DNA of 32,000 bases from Candidatus Thorarchaeota archaeon (GTDB taxonomy: Archaea; Asgardarchaeota; Heimdallarchaeia; Hodarchaeales; Hodarchaeaceae). Where the stretch lies: positions 1 through 32,000 of the forward strand of contig JBHLRO010000006.1 in assembly GCA_048882505.1 (NCBI GenBank), in the 5' to 3' direction. The position numbers were made by a program, and so were the translations under genes. Below the pieces are notes generated by a model. That model was not told where the DNA came from and did not search any database. It saw nothing but the letters and a program-made list of their open reading frames with translations. Below are positions 27,834-32,000 of this stretch, in pieces; position 1 is the stretch's first letter; every line of letters begins with the position of its first letter.

Positions 27834-28814
27834 TTAAACAACGATTCTAAGATCCCTAATTATTGAGTCTACCTCATTAATTAGATTTTGGGGTGGCGGG
27901 TTTTTTAAAATAGATGCATTTTCAGTTATTTGTTCCACCGTCTTTGCTCCAGGTATGGGAACAGTGGTTCTACTTGTCAACCACAGGTAGCTTAAAAAGA
28001 TTTGAACAGGAGTATATATGGATCCTTCTAGCAATTCTTTAATTTGATCAATTCGCTTCATTCTTTCAAGGTATTTTTCATCATCTACGAAGGCCCCATT
28101 ATACCAGATGTGATCTTTTGATATCGATCGTACATATTCTTTGGTATACTTCCCTGTTAAGGTACCACTACCTAAGGGCGATCGAATCACGCCAGCTAGA
28201 TCGTACTTTTCACATAGTCCAGTCATTTTAGGATTACTGCGGGTAATGTGAATCGCATATTGAACCGCAATGCAATTTTTCCCTTCAGCAAAGATTTGAG
28301 CCCTCTCCACATTATCTGTACTCCAGCCATATCCCCGTATTTTTCCTTCTGACGTCAGGTCTTCTAGGAGCGCGCGAACATTTGGTGCGCTCTCCAAATC
28401 ATGTTGACTATCATGTAATTGATATAAATCGATGTAATCAGTCCGCAACCGATCTAGACTTGCATCTAGCGCTTTTCTAACATAATTAGGAGATACATTC
28501 TTGCCAATGGCAGTTTTAGTAGTTTCATCAAACTCATTAGCGAATTTGGTGGCAATCACCAATTTTTTTCGGTCATATTCTTCTAAAACCTCACCTAGTA
28601 TACGTTCTGAATGCCCACAACCATAAACATCGGCAGTATCAAAGAAATTAATCCCTAGTTCTATCGCTTTACGGATGGTCCTTTTAGATTCAGCATCATC
28701 GACAGGGCCATATGCTAGTTTACGATCATTCGATCCTTGAAATGGCCCTCCTATTGCATAGCACCCCATGCCTATCTGACTGACCTTAAGTTTACTTTTG
28801 CCCAAGAGTTTCAT
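27834..28814 (-). CDS. Aldo/keto reductase (IolS/YhdN-like)
   Basis: LGKSKLKVSQIGMGC, FDTADVYG, IATKF, TDYIDLYQLH, SPLGSGTLTGKY, PIPGAKT. Confidence 0.95.
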   Translation of the reverse strand: MKLLGKSKLKVSQIGMGCYAIGGPFQGSNDRKLAYGPVDDAESKRTIRKAIELGINFFDTADVYGCGHSERILGEVLEEYDRKKLVIATKFANEFDETTKTAIGKNVSPNYVRKALDASLDRLRTDYIDLYQLHDSQHDLESAPNVRALLEDLTSEGKIRGYGWSTDNVERAQIFAEGKNCIAVQYAIHITRSNPKMTGLCEKYDLAGVIRSPLGSGTLTGKYTKEYVRSISKDHIWYNGAFVDDEKYLERMKRIDQIKELLEGSIYTPVQIFLSYLWLTSRTTVPIPGAKTVEQITENASILKNPPPQNLINEVDSIIRDLRIVV

Positions 28815-28872
28815 CTATATCACTTTAAGGATAGAAATAACATCCTATGAATCGTTAGATTTCCGAATTTAC

Positions 28873-28927
28873 GTTTCAATATCTATTTGAAACAAAACAG
28901 TTTTACGTTTCAATAGATACTTAAAAC
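28873..28927. promoter_or_regulatory. Two tandem palindromic operators GTTTCAA-N7-TT(G/A)AAAC
   Basis: GTTTCAA-TATCTAT-TTGAAAC (28873-28893, perfect) and GTTTCAA-TAGATAC-TTAAAAC (28907-28927, one mismatch), 34 bp apart, upstream of the AKR start. Confidence 0.75.
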
Positions 28928-29060
28928 AAAATATTATTAAAATATTTTTCGAATAAGGCCATTGGGATTTTCGAATCGTCTTTCTTGTTGAGCAAACAGA
29001 TTTAATTGAGGACCTGACGTATCTTACAAACGGAGACCCGATTTACATACCATTAGTTTC

Positions 29061-29081
29061 GTTTCAATTAAAGGTTGAAAG
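29061..29081. promoter_or_regulatory. Third copy of the palindromic operator, just upstream of the wHTH regulator start
   Basis: GTTTCAA-TTAAAGG-TTGAAAG, ending 4 nt before the ATG at 29086. Confidence 0.7.
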
Positions 29082-29085
29082 ATTA

Positions 29086-29832
29086 ATGAATGATGGAAGT
29101 GAAGAAAGCTTAGATAAGGCAATCTTCGATGATCATTGGGAGTCGCTTCCTCCAGCAAAATCATTTGACATTAGAAACTACGAAGATCATCCGCTCCGAT
29201 CAACAATTCTTCGTATATTATATGATGGGCTTTCTAATCAAGTACCAAGTGAGATCAAGAGAAAAAGGCATGTTCTCAACGCATCTGAGATTCTTGAGGA
29301 ACTCAACAAAAGAATTGAGGCGGGAAGGATAGTTGATTCCAAAAAAGGAAAGGAAACAACCTTAATAAAGCCTGTGAGTATTACCAATCTCTACTTTCAC
29401 CTAAATAAATTGATAGATTTAGGGCTTATCAAAGTAATAGCGGAATTACTTGAAGGATCCCACAAACGGAATAAAACAAAGTACTATGGACGAGTGGCCA
29501 GGCATTTGTTTATCAGTGATGAAGAGGAATCCCTACAAAAATATAGACGTCTGTTTGACGCCTTTCAACGAGTCGTAATGGCTATGGGTGTACCTCTTCC
29601 AGAAGATTATGAGAAACTACCAGTAAAATATCAAAGGATAAAAAACACTCGGTACAAGGCGATTGAGAACTGGTTCATCAAAAATGAAAAGATTATATAC
29701 GAAATCTCTGAACAAAACCGAGATTTAAGCGAAGTTTATGAGTTTTTGAAACTGATGGATTCGCATTTTAGTGATGCATACAGGGATCTATCATCCAGGT
29801 TTACGGAACTGATCCAACGAGAGCTTGGCTAA
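29086..29832 (+). CDS. ArsR-like winged-helix transcriptional regulator with C-terminal helical domain
   Basis: HPLRSTILRIL...LNASEI...SITNLYFHLNKLIDLGLI...KYYGRVAR. Divergent from the AKR pair. Confidence 0.85.
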   Translation: MNDGSEESLDKAIFDDHWESLPPAKSFDIRNYEDHPLRSTILRILYDGLSNQVPSEIKRKRHVLNASEILEELNKRIEAGRIVDSKKGKETTLIKPVSITNLYFHLNKLIDLGLIKVIAELLEGSHKRNKTKYYGRVARHLFISDEEESLQKYRRLFDAFQRVVMAMGVPLPEDYEKLPVKYQRIKNTRYKAIENWFIKNEKIIYEISEQNRDLSEVYEFLKLMDSHFSDAYRDLSSRFTELIQRELG

Positions 29833-29982
29833 ATCTGTACCCGTTTTTCTCCTCTCACTAAGGCCCCCACCGTCAGGTGAGCATGGGTAAGAAGAAATTG
29901 TATATCTAGGTCTCACATACAACAAAAATCCCACCTCAAACTGGAGGTTTTAAGGATAGATAGTCCTCTGAAAACTAATGTC

Positions 29983-30459
29983 ATGATCAGAAACGCCCAG
30001 AGGAGCGATGCACAAGAAATACATCACATTCTATCCGAGGCATTTGAATCGTATCGTGAGTATTATACAGAGGAAGCATATAAGGCTACGATTCTTTCCC
30101 CTCCTGAAATCGCAACTCGAATTAGCACTAAAGAAATAGAAGTGCTTGTGGTCTTTTATCAGAATAAGATGGTCGGGACAGTTACAATCAGATTGAAAAG
30201 AGCAGGCCAACTCCATATTCAAAGCATGGCGCTAAACCCTGACACTCAGAGGCAAGGAGTGGGGAATTATATGCTTGAAGAAGTGATTCGCTTGGGTAGG
30301 AAGAAACAAGTGAAAACTATCTCGCTTGAATGCTTTGAACCACTTAAGAAGGCCATAAACATGTATAAAAAGTTTGGATTCAAGAGAACGGGAAAAAAAA
30401 GAGATTTACATGGGAGTGAGGTCTTTGAGATGACCAAGACCCTAGAGTGTCATGGATAG
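29983..30459 (+). CDS. GNAT-family N-acetyltransferase
   Basis: IRNAQRSDAQEI; acetyl-CoA motif MALNPDTQRQGVGNYML; AINMYKKFGF. Confidence 0.92.
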   Translation: MIRNAQRSDAQEIHHILSEAFESYREYYTEEAYKATILSPPEIATRISTKEIEVLVVFYQNKMVGTVTIRLKRAGQLHIQSMALNPDTQRQGVGNYMLEEVIRLGRKKQVKTISLECFEPLKKAINMYKKFGFKRTGKKRDLHGSEVFEMTKTLECHG

Positions 30460-31092
30460 GAACAACTACCTATCAAGGGATCGCGGCCCCTGGTCCGTGT
30501 GATCTCAGAATGCAGCAGATCTGACAGTTTTCCTCGTGATCCTTATGCTTTTGGGCACCCCTCTTGTTACCGAAATGAATAGGTTGCTTCATCCCTAAGG
30601 AGATCCAAAGAACGAACAAGTATCAGTCAAGCTAATGCATCCCCATTAAAGGCAGAAGCAGCTCCTCCACGATGGAAATATCAAACGGAAGGTGACATTT
30701 CCTTATCTAACCTTACGAATTTAGATACAGATGAAGACGAGACAAATTCGTGAAAAACTGAAACTAGAACGGTTCGCTGAAGACATCTAGAAGAAGATTT
30801 CAGGATTGAAAACCCGCATCTCTCTTTTTTTTAGCCCAAATATGCGCAATTTGTGGTTCAAATAAAGATAGATCACGGAAGTTCCTAACACAAACACACG
30901 GAATAGAGAGGTTTGGAATGCGGAGCCATGGATGATAATCAGATCCTAAACCGGAGATTGAGCGATGGTCTCTCCCTTGCTACTAGTCGACTTATATCTA
31001 GATACCTTTGACCATTCGGTGTTTGCTCTTCAATGCCTACCGGCTAACTCATCGCAAAGTGGGCGTTCTTAACTTTATACAGGTTTCATTAT

Positions 31093-31108
31093 CCGAAAAA
31101 TTTTTATA
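31093..31108 (+). promoter_or_regulatory. Candidate archaeal BRE/TATA promoter for the last gene
   Basis: CCGAAAAA-TT-TTTATA fits the BRE + TATA arrangement, about 80 bp upstream of the ATG at 31186. Confidence 0.5.
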
Positions 31109-31185
31109 CCATATCAGCCGTAAATGCGTGCATTTAACCGTTTTTTTTTCGAATGGTTAAATATGAGAGAAAGAGGTGAAACAGA

Positions 31186-32000
31186 ATGAAGTCCCAAAAA
31201 GTTATTCCAATAGCTTTTTTGATTGTGATCTGCTCTCTGGCGTTTGCTACGCAGATCCCAATGATGTTCGGCCTTCCAACCGAAGGAGGGGGGAGTGGCA
31301 GTCCATCATACCCAAGAGTTGATGGAAACACCTGGATGAATAAACAAACTAGACCAGGTGACGACCATTATGGAACCTATCTGTCTGGCGCCACAGGTTA
31401 TATAAGCCCTTTGCCACACGTAGTTGAAGTCGATGGAGAAAATAGCCACGGGGCAATATCATTACAAGCTTCTATCGAACATTATGCAGGTATTGGTAAT
31501 TATGATGAAATTAGGGTTCGCTTTACAACATATTACAAATCAAAACTTCCTGATCCATCCTATCCCTCCGAAGCTGGCATTATTTACGGTCAAGGTGTCA
31601 TAGTAGAAGAGGTGGAGGCAACAAATCTGCTTCAGGTAGTCTGGTTTCGTGATTATAACAAGGATCAATGGGCCTGGCCAAAATACTTGAAAAGCGGTCC
31701 CTCTTACGAGGCAGCTCGTATAAGTTTCAACCAGGAAGTCATAGATTGGGTAACGGGAGTAGCGGTGCTTCGTATACTTAGTCGTCTTGATCTTACTGGT
31801 ATTGTTGAAACCGTGACAGATTATATTGTCGAAAGGACTGTCAAGGCAGCTTTTGAACCCCTTTTTGATGTTGGATATGCAGTATATGGAAATTCTGGAG
31901 TAACTGGTTCAGATATCCAAGCACAATACGCTTTCATTAACGGAGGTGGCTATCCTTGGACCACCTATCAGTATTATGACCGAAATTCCTATATAAACGA
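31186..32000 (+). CDS. Secreted protein of unknown function (3' end beyond the window; not in the ORF track)
   Basis: GAGGTGA SD at 31173-31179, then MKSQKVIPIAFLIVICSLAFATQIP (signal peptide). The frame stays open for 271 codons to the window end and is rich in Y, G and T. Confidence 0.85.
   Translation, partial: MKSQKVIPIAFLIVICSLAFATQIPMMFGLPTEGGGSGSPSYPRVDGNTWMNKQTRPGDDHYGTYLSGATGYISPLPHVVEVDGENSHGAISLQASIEHYAGIGNYDEIRVRFTTYYKSKLPDPSYPSEAGIIYGQGVIVEEVEATNLLQVVWFRDYNKDQWAWPKYLKSGPSYEAARISFNQEVIDWVTGVAVLRILSRLDLTGIVETVTDYIVERTVKAAFEPLFDVGYAVYGNSGVTGSDIQAQYAFINGGGYPWTTYQYYDRNSYIN

Noticed and set aside
28868-28930. GTTTCAAT...TTGAAAC units resemble the ends of CRISPR repeats
   Set aside because: Only two adjacent units with a 34-bp period, too short for repeat plus spacer, and no cas genes. 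Better explained as operators.
31134-31331. 65-aa minus-strand ORF in the track
   Set aside because: Antisense to the SD- and signal-peptide-supported plus-strand gene starting at 31186.

Overview
Archaeal DNA of about 40% GC (estimated by eye). It is most likely from an Asgard archaeon, possibly Heimdallarchaeia/Hodarchaeales. This is an inference from a TFB gene together with longin- and roadblock-like proteins, a MEDS-PAS-DUF835 regulator and an archaeal GAGGTGA ribosome-binding site. The centrepiece (4933-16881, + strand) is a complete chemosensory gene cluster: cheB - MCP - [longin-like protein] - cheW - [4xCheW-domain protein] - cheY - cheA - cheC - cheD - cheR. No CheF or archaellum gene is recognisable in the window. 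Unusual parts are a longin-fold protein (a eukaryotic-signature fold) inside the cluster, a protein with four tandem CheW domains, a receptor with a short hairpin (about 28-30 heptads), and a CheR with a duplicated N-terminal domain whose start codon is ambiguous. Flanking genes encode a PadR/HAAS-type pair, a PAS histidine kinase, a divergent coiled-coil protein, a MEDS-PAS-DUF835-wHTH regulator, a TFB, a roadblock-like protein, membrane/secreted proteins, an alpha/beta hydrolase, two aldo-keto reductases with a divergent wHTH regulator and three GTTTCAA-N7-TTGAAAC operators, and a GNAT. Two partial genes at the window edges are missing from the ORF track. No tRNA, rRNA, CRISPR array or mobile element was found. 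All family calls come from motif recognition by eye; no database search was run.
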